From: Aliivibrio fischeri ES114
Lineage (GTDB): Bacteria; Pseudomonadota; Gammaproteobacteria; Enterobacterales; Vibrionaceae
Length of the DNA stretch: 32,000 bases
Assembly (NCBI RefSeq): GCF_000011805.1
Contig: NC_006840.2
Reading direction: 5' to 3' (one strand)
Shown: positions 22,847 through 32,000 of the stretch, piece by piece
Layout: the number at the start of each line of letters is the position of its first letter
Position numbering within the stretch: the first letter of the stretch is position 1
Program-made: the position numbers and the translations under genes
The notes under the pieces: generated by a model
What the model was told of the DNA's origin: nothing
Database searches by the model: none
The model's input: the letters and a program-made list of their open reading frames with translations, nothing else

Positions 22847-24355
22847 TTATTCTTCGTTTTCTTGGCCTGAACGATTCAGTAGGAATTGGACAAGCAATGA
22901 GACTGGTCGCCCTGTTGACCCTTTATTTGCACCAGAGACCCAAGCAGTACCTGCACTGTCAATATGAGCCCAGTGGTATTTCTTAGCAAAACGAGAAAGG
23001 AAACAGCCTGCAGTAATGGTACCAGCAGCTTTGCCGCCGATATTACCCATATCTGCAAATGGGCTGCTTAGTTGCTCGTTGTACTCTTCAGCCATTGGTA
23101 AGCGCCAAGCACGGTCACCCGATTGTTCAGACGCATTAATTAGCTCATGAGCAAGTGGGTTGTGATTCGAAATCAAACCGCTGATGTGGTGACCAAGTGC
23201 AACAACACATGCACCGGTTAATGTTGCGACATCAACCACACATTCTGGTTCATAACGCTCAACATAAGTCAGCGCATCACAAAGCACTAGTCGACCTTCA
23301 GCATCGGTATTTAATACTTCAACCGTTTGGCCTGACATCGTAGTTAGAATATCACCTGGACGGTATGAGTTGCTGCTTGGCATATTTTCACAGCCTGCAA
23401 GCACACCAACAACGTTTAGTGGTAAGTTCAGTTTAGCTAGTGCTTTCATTGCACCAAATACTGAAGCTGCGCCACACATGTCGTATTTCATTTCATCCAT
23501 GCCTTCGCTTGGCTTAATTGAAATACCGCCTGAATCAAACGTTAAACCTTTACCAATTAGAACGATTGGTTTTGCAGCAGGGTCAGGGTGACCTTTGTAT
23601 TCCATGATAGACATCATAGATTCGTTGTGAGAGCCCTGGCCAACCGCTAAGTAAGAGGTCATGCCTAGCTTTTTCATTTCCTCTTCGCCAATGATCTTGG
23701 TGGTTACGGTTTCGTAATCATCAGCAAGACGACGAGCTTGAGAAGCAAGATAAGCTGGGTTTGCTACGTTTGGTGGCATGTTGCCTAAATCTTTCGATGC
23801 TTTAACACCAGAAGCAATAGATAAACCATGAGCAATCGCTTTTTCACCTAAGTTAAGTTCACGGCGAGTCGGAACATTGAAGACTAACTTACGTAATGGG
23901 CGACGAGTCTCAGGCTTATTGCTCTTAAATTGATTAAAGGTGTATAAGCTGTCTTTAGTCGACTCAACGGCTTGGCGAACTTTCCAATACGTATCGCGAC
24001 CTTTAACGTGAAGCTCTGTAAGAAAACATACCGCTTCCATAGAGCCTGTTTCATTTAGTGTGCTGATAGTTTTCTTGATGATATCTTTATATTGACGCTC
24101 ACCAAGTTCACGCTCTTTACCACAACCAACTAATAAAACACGCTCCGAAAGAATGTTTGGCACTTGGTGCAATAGCAACATTTGGCCTGGCTTTCCTTCA
24201 AGATCACCACGACGAAGTAGTGAACTTATGTAGCCGCCACTGATTTTATCAAGCTGCTCAGCTATTGGAGATAAACGACGTGGTTCAAAGACACCAACAA
24301 CGATACAAGCGCTGCGTTGTTTCTCTGGACTACCACTTTTTACACTGAACTCCAT
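22847..24355 (-). CDS. pepA: Leucyl aminopeptidase
   Basis: [33 protein letters not shown]; [16 protein letters not shown] (M17 signature). Confidence 0.98.
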
Positions 24356-24544
24356 GCGTACTCCTACATCCTAAAGACAAATAGAACTAAATGTTAGATA
24401 ATGAGTAAAATCTAGCAAGATACTGTAATATTCGTATACTAATTTCACAGGCTAACATTCAGCCAAAGATTAAAAAATAAATGGTTAACACGGAAATTAT
24501 AGTGATTCTGGCAAAAATACAAGTTTTCTATAGGTAGATTCGAC

Positions 24545-25657
24545 GTGATTATTATTAGATATTTGATCAAGGAGACATTAAAGAGTCAATTTGCGATCTT
24601 TTTTGTACTTTTTTTGATCTTCATGAGTCAAAAATTTATTAGTGTGTTAGCTGACGCATCAGACGGGGATATTCCTGGTGGTTTAATTCTTTCTCTTGTG
24701 GGATTGAATATGCCAGCTATGGGACTATTGATGCTGCCGCTTAGTATATTTATTGGTATTTTGCTGACATTTGGCCGCCTTTATGCGGAGAGTGAAATCA
24801 CCGTAATGAATGCAACGGGTATGGGAAACTCCATTCTAATTCGAGCGGCATTATATCTTGCGTTAATTACAGGTGCTGCTGCTACTTTTAACTCACTTTG
24901 GTTATCTCCTTGGAGCCAAGAAAAAACGACACAGCTAATGGAAACTGTCGAATCTGATGCTGGTGTCGACTTGTTGCAAAAAGGACAGTTTCAACGCTCT
25001 CCTGATGGAAAAGCCGTCGTATTTATTGATGATATTAGCAATAAAAATGGCAAAGAACTGCGCCACATATTTTTAGCACAACCAGTTCCTCATGATTCTT
25101 TGCGCCCGAGTGTATTGGTTGCAGATAAAGGGGTAGTGAAAGAGCTTAAAGATGGTCGTCAGGTATTAGAGCTTCAGGATGGAACTCGTTATGAGGGGAT
25201 CCCAACTCGTCTAGATTACTTAGAGAGTAATTTTAAGTCTTATGAAGTTCTGATTGGACAAAAAGAAGTTAAAGAAAAACGTCGTGATTGGGATGCTATT
25301 CCAACGCTTGATTTAATGAAGCGTCCAGAATTAGAAGCGAAAGCAGAATTGCAATGGCGTATCTCTCTAATTATTTGTATTCCATTACTGACAATGGTGG
25401 TTGTGCCTCTGTCTGCCGTAAACCCTCGTCAGGGACGTTTTGCTAAGCTTGGGCCAGCAGTATTGCTTTACTTAGCTTACTTCTTATCATTAAGTGCGGG
25501 TAAATCAGCGATAGAAGATGGTGGCCTTGCTCCTTCGATTGGTCTATGGGCAATTAATGCAACATTGTTGTTAGTTGGTATTGTTCTTAATTCCATGGAC
25601 AGTGTTTTTGTTAGACAAATAAAAGATAAAATGCGGAGAAAACCAAAGAATGTTTAA
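24545..25657 (+). CDS. lptF: LPS export ABC transporter permease LptF
   Basis: MIIIRYLIKETLKSQFAIFFVLFLIFMSQKFI...; VVPLSAVNPRQGRFAKLGPAVLLYLAYF; followed by lptG. Confidence 0.95.
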   Translation: MIIIRYLIKETLKSQFAIFFVLFLIFMSQKFISVLADASDGDIPGGLILSLVGLNMPAMGLLMLPLSIFIGILLTFGRLYAESEITVMNATGMGNSILIRAALYLALITGAAATFNSLWLSPWSQEKTTQLMETVESDAGVDLLQKGQFQRSPDGKAVVFIDDISNKNGKELRHIFLAQPVPHDSLRPSVLVADKGVVKELKDGRQVLELQDGTRYEGIPTRLDYLESNFKSYEVLIGQKEVKEKRRDWDAIPTLDLMKRPELEAKAELQWRISLIICIPLLTMVVVPLSAVNPRQGRFAKLGPAVLLYLAYFLSLSAGKSAIEDGGLAPSIGLWAINATLLLVGIVLNSMDSVFVRQIKDKMRRKPKNV

Positions 25658-26726
25658 GATTTTAGATTGGTATATTGGCCGTACGATTATTGCCACCTCA
25701 GCTCTATGTCTGGTGACGTTAGTTGGTTTATCTTCGATCATTAAATACGTAGAACAATTACGAAAAGTAGGGCGAGGAACTTACGATTTACTTGATGCAT
25801 TGTATTTTGTAATTTTAAGTATGCCTCGTGATATTGAGATGTTTTTCCCAATGGCTGCACTACTTGGGGCTTTAATCGGTTTGGGTATGCTTGCGGCTAG
25901 TTCTGAATTAGTCGTTATGCAAGCGGCGGGTTATTCAAAGTTAAGCATCGGTGTTTCAGTGTTAAAAACGGCAATCCCACTAATGTTAATGGTAATGGCA
26001 TTAGGACAATGGGGCGCACCTCAAGCACAGAAAATGGCTCGTGATTTACGTACTTTTGAAGTTTCAGGCGGTAATATTGCAGCGGTAAGAGCTGGCGTGT
26101 GGGCAAAAGATGCTGATGATTTCATTTATTTAGCTCGAGTAGAGAATAAAGAAAAATTGTATGGCGTAACGGTTTGGCAATTTGATGATAATCAAGACCT
26201 AAATAACGTTATTTTTGCACGTACAGCAACCTATCAGGCCGCTCAAGATGACTGGAAAATGAATGATGTATCGATTACTCAAATGAAAGATAAGGCTGTG
26301 ATCAGTGAAAAGAAAGTCGATTCTTTAGATTGGTCAACAACCTTAACGCCAGACAAATTAGCAGTTGTAACCGTGAAGCCAGAAGAGCAGTCATTAACTG
26401 GGCTTTATGATTACGTTAATTACTTAAAAGATTCAGAGTTGGACGCGTCACGTTATGAATTGGCTTTCTGGCGTAAAGCACTGCAGCCAATTTCGGTAGC
26501 GGTAATGATGCTACTTGCTCTGTCATTCGTATTTGGTCCATTACGAAGTGTGACTATGGGCGCTCGTATTTTATCTGGTGTGATTGCAGGCTTTACGTTT
26601 TATATTTCTAATGAAGTATTTGGACCAATGACCTTGGTGTATAACATACACCCCATATTCGGGGCACTAGGGCCAAGTTTGGTCTTTTTAGCCGTGACTG
26701 TCGGTTTATTAAATAGAAAATTATAA
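25650..26726 (+). CDS. lptG: LPS export ABC transporter permease LptG
   Basis: MFKILDWYIGRTIIATSALC...; FVFGPLRSVTMGARILSGVIAGFTFYISNEVFGP; overlaps lptF end by 8 nt. Confidence 0.96.
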   Translation: MFKILDWYIGRTIIATSALCLVTLVGLSSIIKYVEQLRKVGRGTYDLLDALYFVILSMPRDIEMFFPMAALLGALIGLGMLAASSELVVMQAAGYSKLSIGVSVLKTAIPLMLMVMALGQWGAPQAQKMARDLRTFEVSGGNIAAVRAGVWAKDADDFIYLARVENKEKLYGVTVWQFDDNQDLNNVIFARTATYQAAQDDWKMNDVSITQMKDKAVISEKKVDSLDWSTTLTPDKLAVVTVKPEEQSLTGLYDYVNYLKDSELDASRYELAFWRKALQPISVAVMMLLALSFVFGPLRSVTMGARILSGVIAGFTFYISNEVFGPMTLVYNIHPIFGALGPSLVFLAVTVGLLNRKL

Positions 26727-26737
26727 TATTTAATTAA

Positions 26738-26777
26738 ATAAAAAGGAGATGCATTTAAAATGTATCTCCTTTTTTTG
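26738..26777. terminator. Hairpin terminator between convergent lptG and RDD protein gene
   Basis: AAAAAGGAGATGCATTTAAAATGTATCTCCTTTTTTT. Confidence 0.85.
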
Positions 26778-26799
26778 TATTTAATTTTGGTACTTAATA

Positions 26800-27276
26800 C
26801 TAAATCGCTTTATCTAAAACAATAACGCGAGTTTTTGCCCATGTATCTTGGAAGGCGGAGTTATCGTGAGAGATAAATACTAATAAGTTGCCTAAACCAA
26901 ATGCCGATGTGGACATACGGATAATAGCTTGGGTTAGTGTGATAGGGGATCCATCAAGTTGTTGTACTTGTAGTTTCCATGCTCGCATTCCAAGAGTTTG
27001 GCCTTTACACCAAAAGTAAGCAAAGAAGCCAACGAAAACAGAAACAAGAGTAACAGGGTAAAGGTTACGCCATAGTGGGTCGTGATTGAGATAAGAACTC
27101 ACATCTGGAAATTCACCGTAACTAATAATGCCTGCGCCATAAAGCATTTCAAGCGTCGCCACGATAGCGCCACCAGTTAACATCATCACAGCACTAATGA
27201 TTAAGGTATCGTAAAACCATGCTCCCATTCGGCGCATAAAGCCAGCTTGTTTTTGAGTGTTCATTTTTTCTTCCAT
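26800..27276 (-). CDS. RDD family membrane protein
   Basis: GFMRRMGAWFYDTLIISAVMMLTGG...GQTLGMRAWKLQV: RDD-domain pattern, three TM segments. Confidence 0.88.
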   Translation of the reverse strand: MEEKMNTQKQAGFMRRMGAWFYDTLIISAVMMLTGGAIVATLEMLYGAGIISYGEFPDVSSYLNHDPLWRNLYPVTLVSVFVGFFAYFWCKGQTLGMRAWKLQVQQLDGSPITLTQAIIRMSTSAFGLGNLLVFISHDNSAFQDTWAKTRVIVLDKAI

Positions 27277-27443
27277 AAATTAAAAAACTGACAGCAGTAT
27301 AACGACTGTGAGGGAAAAAATGAAAATCAGATTGTAAATAAGTGCTGCTTATTTCAGCAAACAAAAAACTAAGAGTAATAAAGAGCTTGCGCCAAGATCA
27401 TCTCTGAGTATAATCAATCACATCAAGCAGCAATGCTGATAAA

Positions 27444-27528
27444 GCCGGTATGGTGAAATTGGTATACACGACGGATTCAAAATCCGTTGCCTTCGGGCGT
27501 GGCGGTTCAAGTCCGCCTACCGGTACCA
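27444..27528 (+). tRNA. tRNA-Leu (anticodon CAA), CCA encoded
   Basis: 85-nt class II tRNA: GCCGGTA acceptor / TACCGGT, anticodon stem-loop ACGGA-TTCAAAA-TCCGT, long variable arm, GTTCAAGTC T-arm, 3' ACCA. Confidence 0.96.
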
Positions 27529-27540
27529 TATTTAAACGAT

Positions 27541-27570
27541 AAAGCCTCGATGAAAATCGGGGCTTTGTTG
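27541..27570 (+). terminator. Likely terminator of tRNA-Leu transcript
   Basis: AAAGCCTCGAT-GAAA-ATCGGGGCTTT: 11-bp stem with GAAA loop; U tract is imperfect (TTTGTTG). Confidence 0.65.
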
Positions 27571-27606
27571 TATCTGGAGAATGGAAATTTAATTATCCAC
27601 TTCTTA

Positions 27607-27635
27607 TTAAAAAGCCCCAACCTAAATCAGGGCTC
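27607..27635 (-). terminator. Terminator of the DUF2999-like gene
   Basis: Minus strand AGCCCTGATTTAGGTTGGGGCTTTTTAATAAG. Confidence 0.6.
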
Positions 27636-27662
27636 TAGTACTAGTATTACTAGCCAAAAGCG

Positions 27663-27920
27663 TTACTGGTTTTCGTTAAGCTTTGCTTTTGCTTCTTCAA
27701 CTTTAGAAAAATCCAAACCTAGCTCTTCAACAGCTTCTTTAATTAAAGCAGGATTACTCATTACTAACATCATCAATGGCTGTAGTTTCTCTTGTGGAAT
27801 ACCAAGAGACTGAATGGTTGCCATTGCTGCGAATGGATTCTGTGTTAGTGTTTGGAACACTTCTGCGATTTGTTCATCGCTTACATTATGTTCTTTTAGT
27901 GTTTGAATAATTGGATTCAT
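27663..27920 (-). CDS. Small conserved protein, probably DUF2999 family
   Basis: 85-aa ORF MNPIIQTLKEHNVSDEQIAEVFQTLTQNPFAAMATIQSLGIPQEKLQPLMMLVMSNPALIKEAVEELGLDFSKV; family assignment from memory. Confidence 0.65.
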   Translation of the reverse strand: MNPIIQTLKEHNVSDEQIAEVFQTLTQNPFAAMATIQSLGIPQEKLQPLMMLVMSNPALIKEAVEELGLDFSKVEEAKAKLNENQ

Positions 27921-27953
27921 TTAAATATGCCTTAATAATTATTAGAATTGGTA

Positions 27954-28340
27954 TTAAAGATAATGACTTCCTAAAATCATTAACCAAGTAAAGCCTGCAA
28001 AGCACAGAGCGACGAATACAGCCGCAGAACCAATATCTTTGGCTCTTCCACTTAATTCGTGGTGTTCTGGCCCTATACGGTCAACTACCGCTTCAATAGC
28101 TGAGTTTAAAAGCTCAATCATAAAGATCAGAACAAACACACCAACTAATAAGATTTTTTCAACGACAGTGACATCCAGCAGTAAAGCGATAGGCGTGGCA
28201 ATAACTAACATAGCAAATTCTTGGCGAACGGCTGCTTCATGTTTGAATGCGGCTTTTAACCCTTGGATTGAGAATCCAGTAGCTTTAATAATGCGTTTGA
28301 TCCCAGTGTTCCCTGGTTTACCTGATGGTACGTCTGTCAT
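27954..28340 (-). CDS. dgkA: Diacylglycerol kinase
   Basis: GIKRIIKATGFSIQGLKAAFKHEAAVRQEF...ELLNSAIEAVVDRIGPEHHELSGRAKDIGSAAVFV. Confidence 0.96.
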   Translation of the reverse strand: MTDVPSGKPGNTGIKRIIKATGFSIQGLKAAFKHEAAVRQEFAMLVIATPIALLLDVTVVEKILLVGVFVLIFMIELLNSAIEAVVDRIGPEHHELSGRAKDIGSAAVFVALCFAGFTWLMILGSHYL

Positions 28341-28414
28341 GATATAGCCTTAACGATATACATAATACAAAGGAGTGGGGTATGGTAGTGCTGAGATTAA
28401 GAAATGACAAGCAT

Positions 28415-28447
28415 AAAAAAAGCCTCATCAGATGATGAGGCTTTTTA
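28415..28447 (-). terminator. Terminator of the tRNA operon
   Basis: Minus strand AAAAAGCCTCATCATCTGATGAGGCTTTTTTTAT: perfect stem plus T run. Confidence 0.9.
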
Positions 28448-28450
28448 ATA

Positions 28451-28526
28451 TGGCTCCCTTTGCTGGACTTGAACCAGCGACATACGGATTAACAGTCCGC
28501 CGTTCTACCGACTGAACTAAAAGGGA
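28451..28526 (-). tRNA. tRNA-Asn (GTT)
   Basis: TCCCTTTTAGTTCAGTCGGTAGAACGGCGGACTGTTAATCCGTATGTCGCTGGTTCAAGTCCAGCAAAGGGAGCCA. Confidence 0.97.
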
Positions 28527-28532
28527 ATTGTA

Positions 28533-28608
28533 TGGTGCCTCGAGGCGGAATCGAACCACCGACACGAGGATTTTCAATCCTCTGCTCTACCGACTGAGCT
28601 ATCGAGGC
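28533..28608 (-). tRNA. tRNA-Phe (GAA), acceptor stem GCCTCGA/TCGAGGC
   Basis: GCCTCGATAGCTCAGTCGGTAGAGCAGAGGATTGAAAATCCTCGTGTCGGTGGTTCGATTCCGCCTCGAGGCACCA. Confidence 0.97.
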
Positions 28609-28615
28609 AAAAGAA

Positions 28616-28691
<76 letters not shown>

Positions 28692-28764
28692 ACACTATAT
28701 TCTTATGCTGTTACTGATGTTTCTTCAGTAACTAAAACCTTGTTATAAACAAAGCTTTAAAATG

Positions 28765-28840
28765 TGGCTCCCTTTGCTGGACTTGAACCAGCGACATACG
28801 GATTAACAGTCCGCCGTTCTACCGACTGAACTAAAAGGGA
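28765..28840 (-). tRNA. tRNA-Asn (GTT)
   Basis: Identical to the copy at 28451-28526. Confidence 0.97.
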
Positions 28841-28873
28841 ACAGGTTTTGTTTTCTTCTTTTAAGGGAAGAAA

Positions 28874-28949
<76 letters not shown>

Positions 28950-28990
28950 ACGTATTTTTTATTAATCTTTAGGTGAAAGATTAAATTGTT

Positions 28991-29066
28991 TGGCTCCCTT
29001 TGCTGGACTTGAACCAGCGACATACGGATTAACAGTCCGCCGTTCTACCGACTGAACTAAAAGGGA
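28991..29066 (-). tRNA. tRNA-Asn (GTT)
   Basis: Identical to the copy at 28451-28526, offset exactly 540 bp. Confidence 0.97.
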
Positions 29067-29072
29067 ATTGTA

Positions 29073-29148
29073 TGGTGCCTCGAGGCGGAATCGAACCACC
29101 GACACGAGGATTTTCAATCCTCTGCTCTACCGACTGAGCTATCGAGGC
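29073..29148 (-). tRNA. tRNA-Phe (GAA), acceptor stem GCCTCGA/TCGAGGC
   Basis: Identical to the copy at 28533-28608, offset 540 bp. Confidence 0.97.
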
Positions 29149-29155
29149 AAAAGAA

Positions 29156-29231
<76 letters not shown>

Positions 29232-29306
29232 ACACTAAATTCTTTTGACTATTCGTGATTTAGAGTTTAATTGTAAACTTAAAACAACACCAACAATCTT
29301 ATTGTA

Positions 29307-29382
29307 TGGTGCCCGGAGGCGGAATCGAACCACCGACACGAGGATTTTCAATCCTCTGCTCTACCGACTGAGCTATCCGGGC
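29307..29382 (-). tRNA. tRNA-Phe (GAA), acceptor stem GCCCGGA/TCCGGGC variant
   Basis: GCCCGGATAGCTCAGTCGGTAGAGCAGAGGATTGAAAATCCTCGTGTCGGTGGTTCGATTCCGCCTCCGGGCACCA. Confidence 0.97.
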
Positions 29383-29392
29383 AACGAGCGCT

Positions 29393-29421
29393 ATTAAACG
29401 GATTTTTACCCTCAGCGTCAA
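29393..29421 (-). promoter_or_regulatory. Predicted sigma-70 promoter of the tRNA operon
   Basis: Minus strand TTGACG-17 nt-TTTAAT followed by GC-rich AGCGCTCG discriminator-like sequence just before tRNA-Phe. Confidence 0.75.
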
Positions 29422-29538
29422 CTTTTTTTTTCAAAATAGTCCGTTTTTTTGATTGTTTGATTGAATATTCAGCGAATGGCCTGTTTTATGGTTAAAACTT
29501 TCCCGAATTAAACTCTTTTTTAAAGGCGGTAACTTTTT

Positions 29539-30627
29539 CTAAGTAGCGTCTGGCCTCTGCATTTTTGTGCTTTTGGTTAATGCCCAGTACACTTGATTGG
29601 GTTGTAGACTGTTTATGTCATTGATTGCACGACTTCTGCTGCTACTAAATGTATTAAATACGCCTCCAGCGCCACCATTGTAGGCGGAGATCATGCTGTA
29701 TTGTTTTGATGTTGGGTGACGAATGTCTTTTAAATAACGAGTTTTTAAAATATGAAAGTAAGCCGTTCCCGTATCAATATTATTGTAAGGATTAAATAAA
29801 TACTCAGGAGTTGGATCTCCTGATTTGTTTTTAACTAACTTAAATACATCACGACCAGCTGTTTTTGGTACAACCTGCATTAAACCATAAGCATTAGCCC
29901 AACTTACCGCATACGGGTTAAAACTACTTTCAGTTCGAATGATTGAATAAATGAGATCTTCAGGAATATCATATTTTAATGATGCTTTACGTACGATATC
30001 AGCATACTTGTATTCTCGGAGTTGAGTATGGTTTTTTACCATTGGAATATCGACGTAGTATGCTTTTTTATAATCGACATTTTTTTGTTTTAAATGATGT
30101 GCAATTAAATAATCTGCGTAACGACTGGCACGCCATGACCATTCAATTGGTTTTTTATCTTGATCTAAGACTTGTTGATATAAGAAGGGTTTGCCACCTA
30201 AGGTAACATCAGCATCAGAATAAAGGTCAACACTGGCAGGGTCTTCCGGTGTCAAAAGGGTGGTAATGATGGCTTGACGTAAATGCGCTTTAGGGTCAGT
30301 ACCAGCAACCGTTTCGACGGTAACTCGACCATTAGTAAAATCCACTTGAGAGCGGCTTAAATACCCATCAGTGTATTTTACATAGGAGCGCTTACCAGCA
30401 GTAACAAGGTTTTTCTTACCCCAACGTTTTTCGATATTGCCATTGAAACTACTTATTAAACTATCTAATGCTTTAATATCTTTGGTGAATTGTCCAGGGA
30501 GTGGGGCTAGATTTTTAGCAAAGCGGTTGGTTGTATCGTAATTTACACCAAAAGTAGATTCTATTGATTCTCGACTACAACTGGTAAGCAGAAGACAGGT
30601 CGAGGCGATCAGTATAATTTTTTTCAT
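29539..30627 (-). CDS. mltC: Membrane-bound lytic murein transglycosylase C
   Basis: Lipoprotein signal LLTSC; SLT domain IIRTESSFNPYAVSWANAYGLMQVVPKTAGRDVF; mltC-yggX-mutY order. Confidence 0.94.
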   Translation of the reverse strand: MKKIILIASTCLLLTSCSRESIESTFGVNYDTTNRFAKNLAPLPGQFTKDIKALDSLISSFNGNIEKRWGKKNLVTAGKRSYVKYTDGYLSRSQVDFTNGRVTVETVAGTDPKAHLRQAIITTLLTPEDPASVDLYSDADVTLGGKPFLYQQVLDQDKKPIEWSWRASRYADYLIAHHLKQKNVDYKKAYYVDIPMVKNHTQLREYKYADIVRKASLKYDIPEDLIYSIIRTESSFNPYAVSWANAYGLMQVVPKTAGRDVFKLVKNKSGDPTPEYLFNPYNNIDTGTAYFHILKTRYLKDIRHPTSKQYSMISAYNGGAGGVFNTFSSSRSRAINDINSLQPNQVYWALTKSTKMQRPDAT

Positions 30628-30735
30628 AAAGGCAATATAGATTGAGAACTCGATAATAAGGTTAACGGCAGGTTTAACTTTGACTTAATAGCATAAAATT
30701 AAAGCAGCCAAATGACTGCTTTAATGTAAAAGTGA

Positions 30736-31008
30736 TTATTCACTTGGAGGAGTGTAACCATCGATAACAACATCTTTGCCATCAAATAGGAAACCTTCCA
30801 TTTCTGTTTCTAGAAGCTTACGGTGCTCAGGATCCATCATGTTCAACTTCTTTTCATTGATCAGCATGGTTTGTTTGTGTTGCCATTGCCCCCAAGCTTC
30901 TTTGGAGATGTTGTCAAAAATACGCTTACCTAGTTCACCTGGGTAAAGTTGAAAATCTAGGCCATCGGCTTCTTTATTTAAACGAACGCAAAACACAGTG
31001 CGGCTCAT
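30736..31008 (-). CDS. yggX: Oxidative damage protection / Fe(2+)-trafficking protein YggX
   Basis: 90-aa [70 protein letters not shown]. Confidence 0.96.
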   Translation of the reverse strand: MSRTVFCVRLNKEADGLDFQLYPGELGKRIFDNISKEAWGQWQHKQTMLINEKKLNMMDPEHRKLLETEMEGFLFDGKDVVIDGYTPPSE

Positions 31009-31010
31009 GG

Positions 31011-32000
31011 TTATTCTCCATTAGAAATTTCGTACGGTAGGGCATCCAATAATTTTTGAACTGGTGCAGCTAACCCGACCGTCATTGGTTGAGATAAGTT
31101 ATACCAAACTCCACGCGTTCCTTCCATTATCATGTTCGGTTTCTTCGCAAGAGTGATAAGTACAGGGGTAATATCAAGATGGTAGTGGCTAAAAGTATGG
31201 CGAAAAGCGATTAACTGTTGTTTTGATGCTACTTTAAAACCATAGTCTTCTGATAACTCATCAAGTGTATTTGTTGGTTGCTCGGGAAAACAAAATAATC
31301 CTCCCCAAATGCCACTTTGTGGTCTCTGCTCTAACCAAACTTCGCCATCATGATAGTAGATAGCAAACCACGCTTCTTTAACTGGTTTCTCTTTCTTTGG
31401 CTTTTTGGTCGGAAAGTCTAATTGTTTATCTTGGGCTTTTGCTTGGCAAAGATCGTTTACTGGGCACAACTCACATTTAGGTTTGGAGCGTGTACATACC
31501 ATTGCTCCCATATCCATCATTGCTTGGTTATAGCGCTCAACACCTTGCTTTGGAGTATGAGTTTCAGCCACCGCCCACATTTCATTTTCAACGCTTTTTT
31601 TACCTGGCCAGCCTTCTATTGCGAAACAGCGAGATAATGTTCTTTTAACGTTACCATCAAGAATGGGATGATGCTGTTGCAAAGAAAGCGATAAAACAGC
31701 GCCGGCTGTTGAGCGACCAATACCAGGAAGTGCAATCACATCATCAATATTTGTAGGGAAAATACCATTATATTGCTCAGCAATGATTTGTGCCGTTTTA
31801 TGTAAATTACGAGCACGAGCGTAATAGCCTAGCCCTGTCCATAAGTGAAGAACTTCATCTTGCTCGGCATGTGCTAAATCAACGATTGTTGGAAATCGTG
31901 TCATGAAGCGTTCGAAGTAAGGGATAACGGTAGTGACTTGGGTTTGTTGTAGCATGATCTCCGATAACCATACTTTATAAGGCGTTTTTTCTAACTGCCA
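31011..32000 (-). CDS. mutY: A/G-specific adenine glycosylase, 5' end truncated by window edge
   Basis: [32 protein letters not shown], 4Fe-4S Cys pattern C-x6-C-x2-C-x5-C. The frame stays open to 32000 ([19 protein letters not shown]...), so 31955 is not the true start. Confidence 0.96.
   Translation of the reverse strand, partial: WQLEKTPYKVWLSEIMLQQTQVTTVIPYFERFMTRFPTIVDLAHAEQDEVLHLWTGLGYYARARNLHKTAQIIAEQYNGIFPTNIDDVIALPGIGRSTAGAVLSLSLQQHHPILDGNVKRTLSRCFAIEGWPGKKSVENEMWAVAETHTPKQGVERYNQAMMDMGAMVCTRSKPKCELCPVNDLCQAKAQDKQLDFPTKKPKKEKPVKEAWFAIYYHDGEVWLEQRPQSGIWGGLFCFPEQPTNTLDELSEDYGFKVASKQQLIAFRHTFSHYHLDITPVLITLAKKPNMIMEGTRGVWYNLSQPMTVGLAAPVQKLLDALPYEISNGE

Noticed and set aside
27487-27813. 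Plus-strand ORF of 108 aa beginning inside tRNA-Leu
   Set aside because: Overlaps a tRNA, two hairpin regions and the opposite-strand DUF2999-like gene; serine-rich shadow ORF.

Overview
The window reads as a core (housekeeping) chromosomal segment of a Vibrionaceae-type gammaproteobacterium, most likely Aliivibrio-like; the genus is inferred from protein character and AT-richness. Left to right it contains: rapZ (5' part only)-ptsN-hpf-rpoN-lptB-lptA-lptC-kdsC-kdsD on the minus strand; a yrbG-type exchanger (minus); divergent mlaFEDCB-ibaG-murA; plsC and idi (plus); ridA, pyrI-pyrB, argF and arcA (minus); rraB and an orphan GH2 sugar-binding-domain-like protein (plus); valS, holC and pepA (minus); lptF-lptG (plus); an RDD protein (minus); tRNA-Leu (plus); a DUF2999-like small protein and dgkA (minus); a nine-gene tRNA operon of 3 Phe, 3 Thr and 3 Asn (minus); then mltC, yggX and mutY (minus, cut by the window edge). 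I found no mobile element, CRISPR array, defence cassette or clearly novel multi-gene system. The best non-ORF-track signals are a 34-codon pyrL-like leader peptide fused to a terminator hairpin upstream of pyrBI, a paired ARG-box operator overlapping a consensus-like argF promoter, and a tRNA operon with an internal ~247-bp duplication and a tRNA-Phe paralog carrying two compensatory acceptor-stem base-pair changes.
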